DNA from: an uncultured Opitutales bacterium
GTDB taxonomy: Bacteria; Verrucomicrobiota; Verrucomicrobiia; Opitutales; Intestinicryptomonadaceae
Reading direction: 5' to 3'
Assembly (NCBI GenBank): GCA_934613415.1
Contig: CAKTSY010000001.1
Location: 330,001 to 362,000, forward strand
Length of the DNA stretch: 32,000 nucleotides
Position numbers and translations under genes: made by a program. The notes under the pieces were generated by a model that ran no database searches, was not told where the DNA came from, and saw nothing but the letters and a program-made list of their open reading frames with translations. Positions within the stretch are counted from its first letter, which is position 1. Every line of letters starts with the position of its first letter. Positions 24,535 to 32,000 of the stretch are shown piece after piece.

Positions 24535-24584
24535 AATGAATTTTTGTTCATTTTATACCTTGACAAAATGAACAAACGTTCATT
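24535..24584. promoter_or_regulatory. Two 18-bp palindromic operators (AATGAAY-N4-GTTCATT), presumed TetR binding sites
   Basis: AATGAATTTTTGTTCATT (24535-24552) and AATGAACAAACGTTCATT (24567-24584), centres 32 bp apart, flanking and overlapping a TTGACA -35 hexamer. They lie 110-160 bp upstream of the divergent tetR gene. Confidence 0.7.
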
Positions 24585-24589
24585 TTAAT
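24560..24589 (+). promoter_or_regulatory. Candidate sigma70-type promoter overlapped by the operators
   Basis: TTGACA (24560-24565) - 18 nt - TTTAAT (24584-24589). Confidence 0.45.
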
Positions 24590-24595
24590 TGTGGC

Positions 24596-24690
24596 AGTTA
24601 ATTTTTGAAATCCCGATTTTAATTTCAAAAAGTCTTATGGTTAGCAAAAAAGCCTCCGCTTTACTATTATGGGCGGGGGCTTATTTTTTT
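24596..24690 (+). ncRNA. Candidate ~95-nt operator-controlled short transcript (sRNA or small-peptide mRNA)
   Basis: Predicted TSS just after the -10 hexamer. AU-rich 10-bp hairpin 24602-24611/24622-24631, then a strong terminator at 24650-24690. Also contains the 5' part of a 25-aa hydrophobic ORF (24637-24714). Confidence 0.25.
24650..24690. terminator. Strong orphan intrinsic terminator (usable on both strands)
   Basis: AAGCCTCCGC (24650-24659) / GCGGGGGCTT (24673-24682), one G-U pair, 13-nt loop. Followed by ATTTTTTT and preceded by an A-run. Confidence 0.75.
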
Positions 24691-24920
24691 ATTATTATAA
24701 ATGCAATAATTTGATTATATACAAGTTGCGTTTTTGTTAAGGAATTTTTCCGTTGCAAAAATCTTGTTTTTTGCCAAAACTTTAGGCTTTTTCTGCCATC
24801 TAGCAAACTGTGCCGATTTCCATCGTACATTTTCGGCAAATTTCGGCGTTTATGCGGCAAACAATATGCAATAAAATACTTGCGATTTTCCGCAATATTT
24901 GAGACTGTATCAGCTTTGAT

Positions 24921-25967
24921 ATGGAAGATAAAATCAACGCAATTATTGCCGAACTTGAAAACGGTTTAAAAAATGCCTCAAGTGCGGCGCAAATTTCACA
25001 AATATCGGCTGCAATAACTGGGCCAAACGGCTCGCTTACAGCCCTTATGAAGTTAATCCCTACTTTGGATAAAAGCGAAAGGCCCCTTGCAGGCAAACTT
25101 ATAAACAAGGCAAAAGTTGCCGCCGAAAGCGCAATTTCGGCAGCCTATGCAAAGGCCGAAAGCCTGCAAATGGCAAAAAGCTTGGGTACAGAGCGCGACG
25201 TTTCGCTGCCTACGCCCGACTTTAAAATGGGTACAATACACCCGCTTACACAAACTGTAAGGCGCATTTGCGACATATTCAAAAAAATAGGCTTTACAGT
25301 GGCGCAAGCCTGCGAAATAGACACCGAATGGTTCTGCTTTGACGCACTTAACACGCCTGCCGACCACCCTGCAAGAGACGCGCAAGATACCTTGTTTATG
25401 CCAAAAGACACAAAGTTTTTAAACGTAAACAAGCACGCAAACGAAATGTATTTGCTGCGCAGCCACACTTCTACCGTGCAAATCAGAACAATGCTTAAAG
25501 AGGGTGCCCCCGTAAGGATTGTAGCCCCTGGCCGCGCCTTTCGCAGAGACACGGTAGACGCAACGCACTCGGCAAACTTCCATCAAATAGAGTGTCTGTA
25601 TATCGACAAAGACGTGCGTTTGACCGACTTGAAAGCCGTGCTCGACTATATGTTTAAAGAGCTTTTCGGCGACAAGGCAAAAACAAGACTGCGCCCAAGC
25701 TTTTTCCCGTTTACAGAGCCTAGCTTTGAAGTAGACTTTATGAGTCCGGACATGGGCAAGCTTAGCAATAGGTGGATAGAAATTATGGGCTGCGGAATGG
25801 TAGACCCAAATGTTCTTAAAAACGTTGGCATAGACCCCGAAGTTTACAGCGGCTACGCATTCGGATTGGGTGTTGAACGCGTTGCAATGCTTACCCACTC
25901 GATAGACGACATTCGCCACTTCTATGCGAACGACCTTCGCTTCCTAAAACAATTTCCACGCAAATAA
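24921..25967 (+). CDS. pheS: Phenylalanine--tRNA ligase alpha subunit
   Basis: HPLTQTVRRICDIF, ADHPARDAQDTLF, LRSHTSTVQIR and FRRD...FHQIE class II motifs. Confidence 0.95.
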   Translation: MEDKINAIIAELENGLKNASSAAQISQISAAITGPNGSLTALMKLIPTLDKSERPLAGKLINKAKVAAESAISAAYAKAESLQMAKSLGTERDVSLPTPDFKMGTIHPLTQTVRRICDIFKKIGFTVAQACEIDTEWFCFDALNTPADHPARDAQDTLFMPKDTKFLNVNKHANEMYLLRSHTSTVQIRTMLKEGAPVRIVAPGRAFRRDTVDATHSANFHQIECLYIDKDVRLTDLKAVLDYMFKELFGDKAKTRLRPSFFPFTEPSFEVDFMSPDMGKLSNRWIEIMGCGMVDPNVLKNVGIDPEVYSGYAFGLGVERVAMLTHSIDDIRHFYANDLRFLKQFPRK

Positions 25968-25971
25968 GGCA

Positions 25972-28404
25972 ATGAATATAAGTTTAAAATGGTTGAACGA
26001 CTACATTGATTTAAGCGGCGTAAAACCCGAAGAAATCGAAAACGTACTTCCCATGTTGGGGCTTGAAATCGAAAGCGTAAAAACGCTCGGGTTAAAGCAG
26101 CTCGACAACGTTGTTGTAGGCGAAATTTTAAGCCGCGACCCGCACCCAAATGCCGACAAGTTGGGCGTTTGCAAGGTTTTGGTAGACCCTAACAAAGACC
26201 CAATTCAGATTGTCTGCGGCGCTCACAACTATGTTGTAGGCGACAGAGTTCCCGTTGCCTTGATAGGCGCAAAACTCCCCTGCGAAGACGGCTCTGTTTT
26301 CGAAATTAAGGCATCTAAACTTAGGGGTATAGACTCTTTTGGTATGATGTGCTCGGCAAGAGAGCTGGGCTTGGGGCAAGACCACAGCGGCCTGCTAATT
26401 CTTACAATGCGCCCCGAAGTTGGAACCCCCATAAACGACGTGTTTAAAGATTCCGACACGATGTACGAAATAGAGCTTACAGCCAACAGGGGCGATTGCT
26501 TAAGCCACATAGGCGTTGCGCGCGAATTGGCTGCAAAGTTCAATTTAAAGGTTAAAACCCCGCAATTAAAAGCGGTTGAATATTCCGACAAGCCACAAAG
26601 CGAGCTTTTAAAAAGCATAGAGCTTAAAACCGAAAACTGCCCGCTGTATACCGCGGCGGTTGTAAGGAATGTAAAGATTGCCCCCAGCCCCGACTGGCTT
26701 AAAAGAGACTTGGAAGCCGTAGGCTTGCGCCCCATAAACAACGTTGTAGACATTACCAACTTTGTTATGATGGAATACGGCCAGCCTTTGCACGCTTTCG
26801 ACGCCAACGACATTACAACAAAAAGCATTGTTGTAAGAACGGCTAAAGACGGCGAAAAGATTAAAACTTTAGACGGCAAAGAACACACCCTTTGCGCAAA
26901 CAACACCCTTATTTGCAACGGCGAAACGCCTGTGGCTTTGGCGGGCGTTATGGGCGGCGAAAATTCGGAAGTTAAAGATACTACCTGCGATGTAATTTTG
27001 GAAAGCGCATACTTTAACCCCGGCAATGTAAGGGCAACTTCGCGCAAGCTGGCAATTAGCACCGACGCCGCCTACCGCTATGCCAGAGATGTAGACCCAA
27101 AAGGCGTTTTCGACGCCTCGGCAAGAGCCGTAGAGCTTTTAGAGCAAATTGCAGGCGGCAAAAAAGAAGGAGCTACCTACGTTGCAGGCAAAGCCCCCCG
27201 CGGCGACCGCACAATAGAAATTTCGCTTGCCTACATTTGCGACAAGCTTGGCTTTAAAGTAAGCGGTCAAGACGTTGTAAAGGTATTCGAATCGCTGGGC
27301 TTTTCGGTAGAGCAAAACGGCGAAAGCTACAAGGTTTTGGTTCCCTCGTTTAGAAGCGATGTAGACCGCCCCATAGACTTGGTTGAAGAATTTATAAGAA
27401 TTTTCGGTTCCGACAAAATTCCTGAAACAAGGGTTATGGTTGCAGCCACCCACCGCGACGACGACAAAACATTTGTTTTCGAGCGCAAAGTTTCGGACTT
27501 TTTGGCAGACTGGGGCTTTAACGAATGCCAGCACTACACTTTAAGAGATTCTAAACTTACAGCAAAGCTTCACGGCGACTTGAACATAGACGCCCTTAAG
27601 CTAGACAACCCCCTTACAAGCGACCAAGACTGCATTCGCCCCTCGCTTATAGACGGCTTGCTAGACGCAGTTCGCCTAAACTTGGACGCGCAAAATTCCT
27701 TTAAGGGATTGTTCGAAGTAGGCAAAGTTTTTAGAACTGAAAAAGACGGCCTAATAGAGCTTATGTCGGTTGCGTTTGTGTTCCCCGCCGTAGACGAAAG
27801 AAGGCTATGGGCAAAGAGACAAAACCCCGACTTTTTCACCGCCAAAAAACTGGTTTGCGACATATTCTCTATTTTGGGCATCGACAGGTTTTCGTTCGAC
27901 GTTAACGAAAGCGAATTCTTCCAAAAGGGCTTTGCAGCCCGCGGCGGCTTTATAGGCCGCGAAGGCTACGCTTTTGAATGCGGCGCGCTTAACTTGGCAA
28001 TGTTACGCGAAAACGGCATAAACATTCCCGTATACGCTGGCGAAGTTATTCTAAAAAGCGATGTATGCTCGCGCAAAAAGCATATAGAAAAGTTCAAGAG
28101 CTTTAGCCTTTTCCCGCTTTCTACACGAGACGTTGCCGTTATTGTAGACCAAAGCGAAAAGGCAAGCGACTTGTCGTTTGAAATCTTGAAAATTGCACAG
28201 GCAAAAGCCAAGGGGCTTTGCGACGTTGAAAGCGTTGATATTTTCGACGAATACCAAGGCAAAGGGCTTCCCGAAAACAAGAAAAGCTTGGCGTTTTCGA
28301 TTGCAATGCGCTCGGCCGAAAAAACACTTAAGGCAGAGGAAGTCGCCAAAGTGTTCGACGCCGTTTGCGCCGAATTGGCAAAGAAATACCAACTTAGAGC
28401 CTAA
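25972..28404 (+). CDS. pheT: Phenylalanine--tRNA ligase beta subunit
   Basis: MNISLKWLNDYIDL start, tRNA-binding domain VGEILSRDPHPNADKLGVCKV, B3/4, B5 and FDX-ACB C-terminal domain. Starts 4 nt after pheS. Confidence 0.95.
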   Translation: MNISLKWLNDYIDLSGVKPEEIENVLPMLGLEIESVKTLGLKQLDNVVVGEILSRDPHPNADKLGVCKVLVDPNKDPIQIVCGAHNYVVGDRVPVALIGAKLPCEDGSVFEIKASKLRGIDSFGMMCSARELGLGQDHSGLLILTMRPEVGTPINDVFKDSDTMYEIELTANRGDCLSHIGVARELAAKFNLKVKTPQLKAVEYSDKPQSELLKSIELKTENCPLYTAAVVRNVKIAPSPDWLKRDLEAVGLRPINNVVDITNFVMMEYGQPLHAFDANDITTKSIVVRTAKDGEKIKTLDGKEHTLCANNTLICNGETPVALAGVMGGENSEVKDTTCDVILESAYFNPGNVRATSRKLAISTDAAYRYARDVDPKGVFDASARAVELLEQIAGGKKEGATYVAGKAPRGDRTIEISLAYICDKLGFKVSGQDVVKVFESLGFSVEQNGESYKVLVPSFRSDVDRPIDLVEEFIRIFGSDKIPETRVMVAATHRDDDKTFVFERKVSDFLADWGFNECQHYTLRDSKLTAKLHGDLNIDALKLDNPLTSDQDCIRPSLIDGLLDAVRLNLDAQNSFKGLFEVGKVFRTEKDGLIELMSVAFVFPAVDERRLWAKRQNPDFFTAKKLVCDIFSILGIDRFSFDVNESEFFQKGFAARGGFIGREGYAFECGALNLAMLRENGINIPVYAGEVILKSDVCSRKKHIEKFKSFSLFPLSTRDVAVIVDQSEKASDLSFEILKIAQAKAKGLCDVESVDIFDEYQGKGLPENKKSLAFSIAMRSAEKTLKAEEVAKVFDAVCAELAKKYQLRA

Positions 28405-28410
28405 CAAAAT

Positions 28411-29634
28411 ATGCTGCAGAAATTGAAAGATATGGCGGCCGATAAAGAGATGGGCTTTTTAGACCATCTCGAGGAAATGCGCTGGGTTATAATAAAAAGC
28501 CTTATTGCGCTTTTCGTTTGCTGTATGGGCACTTTCTTTTTCTTTTCGTATGTAAACGATTTTCTGCTTGGGCCCCTGCACTCGGCCGAAGCTATGCTAG
28601 GGCAGAAAATCCCAATAAGAATGGCAAACTTTACAAGCCCCATATTTATCATACTATATATGGTAATACTTTCGGGCTTTGCGCTGGCAATTCCGTTTAC
28701 GGCGTATTTTGTGGCTTCGTTTATAGCGCCTGCCCTTACAAAATCCGAAAAAAAGGTTTTAATACCCGGCATTTTGTCGGCAATTTTGCTGTTCTTTATA
28801 GGGGCGGCTATGACCTATTATTTGATTTTGCCGCTGGGGCTATACTTTTCCACAAATATTTCAGCCCAATACCTACAAACCGAAATGTTTGTAGACGCCC
28901 AATCGTATTACGGGCTTGTTTGCATGGCAATTTTGGGCATAGGGCTTTCGTTCGAAGTTCCGCTTTTGCAGGTAATACTTATCTACTTGGGCGTGCTTAA
29001 GGTACAAGTTCTAAAAAAATGCCGCCGCTGGGTTATTGTAATTTTGTTTACAATTGCGGCAATAATCACCCCGCCCGACGTTGTTACGCAAATAGTTTTG
29101 GCGGTTCCCCTTTGGCTTTTGTTCGAGCTTGCGTTAATTGTAGGTTCGACCCTTCGCAAAAAGAAAGAAGCCGCCGAATTAAAGGAAGAGCAGCTTGAAA
29201 AAGAACAGGAAGAGCGCGAACGCCAAGAAGAATTAAGGCAAAAAGAACTTCGCAAACAAAAGGCGTTGGAAAGCGGCGAACCGCTTGAGGACGAAAGCGA
29301 AGAATCCGGCAACCCATCAGAACAAAACAACGAACAAGAAGGCGAAATTGCCGACGAAAATTCCGATAATACAAACCAGGAATTAACCGACTACGGCGAC
29401 GGCGACCGCGGCAACTACAACGATTACTACGGCGACCGCGCCTACGATTCGGAAAATTACGATGACTATGCCGAGTCTTACAACTACCGCGGCTACGACG
29501 AAGAGTACGACGCCCTGCAGCAAGACCAGCCCGAAGAGAAATCCGCACTGTTCCCCGATTGGGATTTAAACGAACCAAACCTATTCCCCGACTTTTCATC
29601 TGCAAACGATGCAACAAATACTTCGAACAATTAG
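28411..29634 (+). CDS. tatC: Twin-arginine translocase subunit TatC with ~160-aa acidic, Tyr/Asp/Asn-rich C-terminal extension
   Basis: FLDHLEEMRWVIIKSLIALFV, six hydrophobic segments and ITPPDVVTQ. After LRKKKE (about nt 29158) comes a charged coiled-coil-like stretch, then DYGDGDRGNYNDYYGDRAYDSENYDDYAESYNYRGYDEEYD. Confidence 0.88.
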   Translation: MLQKLKDMAADKEMGFLDHLEEMRWVIIKSLIALFVCCMGTFFFFSYVNDFLLGPLHSAEAMLGQKIPIRMANFTSPIFIILYMVILSGFALAIPFTAYFVASFIAPALTKSEKKVLIPGILSAILLFFIGAAMTYYLILPLGLYFSTNISAQYLQTEMFVDAQSYYGLVCMAILGIGLSFEVPLLQVILIYLGVLKVQVLKKCRRWVIVILFTIAAIITPPDVVTQIVLAVPLWLLFELALIVGSTLRKKKEAAELKEEQLEKEQEERERQEELRQKELRKQKALESGEPLEDESEESGNPSEQNNEQEGEIADENSDNTNQELTDYGDGDRGNYNDYYGDRAYDSENYDDYAESYNYRGYDEEYDALQQDQPEEKSALFPDWDLNEPNLFPDFSSANDATNTSNN

Positions 29635-31441
29635 CAAAACGCTGCTGACCCCGCTTTTTGCGGCAATGCTGCTATGCGCTTGTTCGCCGTCGGTAAAGGT
29701 TGTGCGCAACCAATATAAGTTGCCAAAAGACGCCCTTATAAGCCAGGCAAATGCGGGCAAATACGGCGGCATTTTTGTTTTGCCAATTTTCGGCGAGCCT
29801 AAAACTTTTAACCCGCTTACCATAACCGACGCATATTCCGCCTTTGCCGTGGGCTGCACAACGGGCAGACTTGTAGACTACGACCCTATTGCCGACAAGA
29901 TTGTGCCGGCCCTTGCAAAATCGTGGAGCGTTTTGCCCGACAACAAAACCTACATATTCCGCCTAAGAGAAGGCGTAAAGTTTAGCGACGGCGCGCCCTT
30001 TTCGGCAGACGACGTAATTTTTACGCTCGACTGCATTTTTGCCCCCAAGCTAGACAAAAACGGCAAGGCGGAAAAAGACCAAAAAACAGGCAAACCGCTT
30101 CTTAGGTACCCTACCCGAAACGCGGGGCAATACACAATAGGCGGCGAATATGTTAAATATAAAAAGATAGACGACTACACCGTTGAATTTAAAACCAACA
30201 CGGTTTACGCCCCCTTTATAAACGACATAAGCTATCTTGAAATTCTGCCAAAGCACAAGCTGTTTAAAGCCTTTGAAGACGGAACTCTTACCCTAAGCTG
30301 GACAAGCCAAACTGCAATAGAAACCCCTTCCGAAATTGTGGGTTTGGGCGCATTTAAAATATATTCATACCGCCCAGGCGAAAGGCTTGTTTTAGAGCCC
30401 AACCCGCACTACTGGAAAGCCGACAAAAAACTGCAACGCCTGCCCTACATAGACTTTTTGATATTTAAATTTGTTTCCGACGCAAACACGGCAACGGTGC
30501 TGTTTGCAACAGGGCAAAGCGACGCTGCAAACGTTTCGGCAAACGACTATGTTTGGGTAAAAAACTTTGCAAGCACCTACAACTTCGACATCTACGAGCG
30601 CGGCCCCGATTCTGGCATTCAGTTTTTGTGCTTCAACCAAAATATGCGGGCTGCCTTAAAAGAAAATTCCGCGCTAAAAAGCTACAAAGTAAACTGGTTT
30701 TGCAACAAGCTGTTCCGTCAGGCTGTTTTGTATGCCATAAACAGGCGCGACCTTATAAACGGCACATTTTTTGGCAGGGCAAAGGAGATAGACTCGGTTA
30801 TAGGGCAGACAAACAAAAAGTGGCACAACCCAAATCTTAAAAAATACAACTACAACCCCAAATTGGCAAAGGAACTTTTGCTTAAAGCGGGCTTTATATA
30901 TAAAGACAACGAGCTTTTCGACAAACAGGGGCACCGCGTAGAGTTTTCGCTTATGATTTCGGACGGCTCTTTAAGCGCAATGAACACCGCCACAACCATA
31001 ATGGAAAACCTAAAGGCTGTTGGCATTGCCGTAAAACTTACCGCAATGGACTTTTCGGCAATGATTTCGAAAATAAACGATTCTTGCGATTTTGAAGCCG
31101 TAATGCTGGGCTTTACGGGCGGCGGAGACCCTTCGGGGGGAAAGGCCATATACCGTTCCGACGGTTTTTTGCATATATGGAACCCGCGCCAAGACAAACC
31201 TCAAACCGAGTGGGAAAGGCAGATAGACGCTTTAATGGACCAGCAGGAAAGCGAAATGGATTTGCAAAAACGCCGCAACATAGTCTTTAAGATGCAGGAA
31301 ATTTTTACCGAGCAGCTGCCCCTTATATATCTAACAACCCCGTTCTCGTATTCGGGCGTAAAAAAGAAGTGGAAAAACATATCCGTTCCCCAAAGCGAAA
31401 GTATTTTGTGGAATTTAGACGAGCTTTACCAAGATGATTAG
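29609..31441 (+). CDS. ABC transporter substrate-binding lipoprotein, family 5 (peptide/nickel, OppA/DppA-like)
   Basis: Lipoprotein signal ...AAMLLCAC. Typical family-5 segments (LVDYDP...PALAKSW, FRLREGVKFSDGAPFSADDV, LEPNPHYW). Overlaps the tatC tail by 26 nt. Confidence 0.85.
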   Translation: MQQILRTISKTLLTPLFAAMLLCACSPSVKVVRNQYKLPKDALISQANAGKYGGIFVLPIFGEPKTFNPLTITDAYSAFAVGCTTGRLVDYDPIADKIVPALAKSWSVLPDNKTYIFRLREGVKFSDGAPFSADDVIFTLDCIFAPKLDKNGKAEKDQKTGKPLLRYPTRNAGQYTIGGEYVKYKKIDDYTVEFKTNTVYAPFINDISYLEILPKHKLFKAFEDGTLTLSWTSQTAIETPSEIVGLGAFKIYSYRPGERLVLEPNPHYWKADKKLQRLPYIDFLIFKFVSDANTATVLFATGQSDAANVSANDYVWVKNFASTYNFDIYERGPDSGIQFLCFNQNMRAALKENSALKSYKVNWFCNKLFRQAVLYAINRRDLINGTFFGRAKEIDSVIGQTNKKWHNPNLKKYNYNPKLAKELLLKAGFIYKDNELFDKQGHRVEFSLMISDGSLSAMNTATTIMENLKAVGIAVKLTAMDFSAMISKINDSCDFEAVMLGFTGGGDPSGGKAIYRSDGFLHIWNPRQDKPQTEWERQIDALMDQQESEMDLQKRRNIVFKMQEIFTEQLPLIYLTTPFSYSGVKKKWKNISVPQSESILWNLDELYQDD

Positions 31442-32000
31442 GTACGTTTTAAGACGCTTTCTTTCGATTATACCAATGCTTTTGGCGACAAGTGCACTGG
31501 TGTTTTTGCTTATGTATATTGCCCCTGGCGACTTCTTAAGCGAAGCGAGAAACTCGAAGGAAATTAGCCCCGAAATTGTAAGGCAAGAGGAAATTCGCCT
31601 GGGGCTAGACAAGCCGTGGTATGTGCAATATGCAAGGTGGCTAAACGGGGTGTCTCCCGTAAAAAGCAACCTATTTTTGCCCGAAAGCGAAAAAGAACAA
31701 CATTCTATTGTATATTTCGGCAAGCCCGATTTCGGATATTCGTGGAGCTACAAAATTCCCGTTAGCAATCTGTTGTGGCAAAGAATACCCGCAACATTGG
31801 CGTTGGCATTCGCCTCGCTTTTTGCAACATATTTAATTGCCATACCGCTAGGGGCATTGGCTGCAATGTATAAAAACTCGCTATTCGACAAAATTACGGG
31901 AGTATTGTCGTATATATGTCTTAGCGTGCCCTACTTTTTTCTTGCGCTGCTTGCGGTGCTTGCCGCCGCTCTTACTGGCTGGCTGCCAACGGGCGGGCAA
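31434..32000 (+). CDS. ABC transporter permease, OppB/DppB-like (5' part; runs off the window end)
   Basis: My own translation from ATG 31434 (overlapping the SBP stop, ATGATTAG): MIRYVLRRFLSIIPMLLATSALVFLLMYIAPGDFL...GKPDFGYSWSYKIPVSNLLWQRIPATLALAF. Open to position 32000, so absent from the ORF track. Confidence 0.85.
   Translation, partial: MIRYVLRRFLSIIPMLLATSALVFLLMYIAPGDFLSEARNSKEISPEIVRQEEIRLGLDKPWYVQYARWLNGVSPVKSNLFLPESEKEQHSIVYFGKPDFGYSWSYKIPVSNLLWQRIPATLALAFASLFATYLIAIPLGALAAMYKNSLFDKITGVLSYICLSVPYFFLALLAVLAAALTGWLPTGGQ

Noticed and set aside
24637-24714. pheM-like Phe-codon leader-peptide attenuator for pheST (the small ORF contains YFF)
   Set aside because: The Phe codons lie in the T-tract after the terminator stem, not upstream of an anti-terminator/terminator choice. 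No alternative pairing is evident, and pheS starts 230 nt further downstream. Kept only as a minor alternative in the finding.
24800-25108. 102-aa minus-strand ORF overlapping the pheS start
   Set aside because: It overlaps the well-supported pheS N-terminus antisense. It has no motif and no plausible promoter/terminator context.
26229-27062. 277-aa antisense ORF inside pheT, and similar shadows at 3525-4094, 21249-21785, 25419-25919 and 29084-29617
   Set aside because: They lie fully inside strongly supported genes on the opposite strand. They have low-complexity or Arg/Ser-rich compositions and carry no recognisable motifs.
29609-29634. The 26-nt tatC/SBP overlap as evidence of a frameshift or assembly error
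   Set aside because: Both ORFs are complete on their own: the TatC core is intact upstream, and the SBP has a proper lipoprotein signal starting at ATG 29609. It cannot be settled without read data, so it is only noted under the TatC finding.
1-32000. CRISPR arrays, rRNA genes, transposase/IS elements
   Set aside because: No spaced direct-repeat array, no rRNA-like conserved blocks and no transposase-like ORF were seen. The only recombinase is the tyrosine recombinase at 10907-11905.

Overview
Chromosomal window, about 48% G+C by spot counts, from a diderm bacterium rich in prepilin-type pseudopilins. The lineage cannot be fixed from sequence alone. Most of it is ordinary housekeeping: a superoxide dismutase (SOD) fragment, an ABM monooxygenase, a family-B DNA polymerase, adk, a ymdB-like phosphoesterase, gpsA, a short-chain dehydrogenase (SDR) and hpf. 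It continues with a five-gene pseudopilin operon that runs on into a 165-aa protein and a Cache/coiled-coil sensor, then tatA, an outer-membrane beta-barrel, thrS and purC. The rest is a TetR regulator with two clear operators, pheST, tatC with a long acidic tail, and the start of an Opp/Dpp-type ABC importer. The stand-out is a ~4.2-kb AT-rich (about 30% G+C) accessory cassette at 6.7-10.9 kb, wedged between the hpf terminator and a tyrosine recombinase. It encodes a radical SAM (rSAM)/SPASM enzyme, translationally coupled to a 178-aa protein with 25 cysteines at a perfect 4-residue period, coupled in turn to a 585-aa protein ending in a Zc3h12a/NYN-type RNase domain. No peptidase, exporter or immunity gene accompanies it, so it does not look like a conventional secreted RiPP (ribosomally made, post-translationally modified peptide) cluster. 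I rate it as a candidate undescribed system, either defence/conflict-type or intracellular protein cross-linking. Between the cassette and the recombinase lie two exact 19-bp core-site-like palindromes in inverted orientation, which could be an invertible switch or operators. Imperfect 20/22-bp direct repeats at 6719 and 12741 may mark the island ends. No rRNA, tRNA or CRISPR array was seen. All calls rest on motif recognition by eye; no database search or computation was run.
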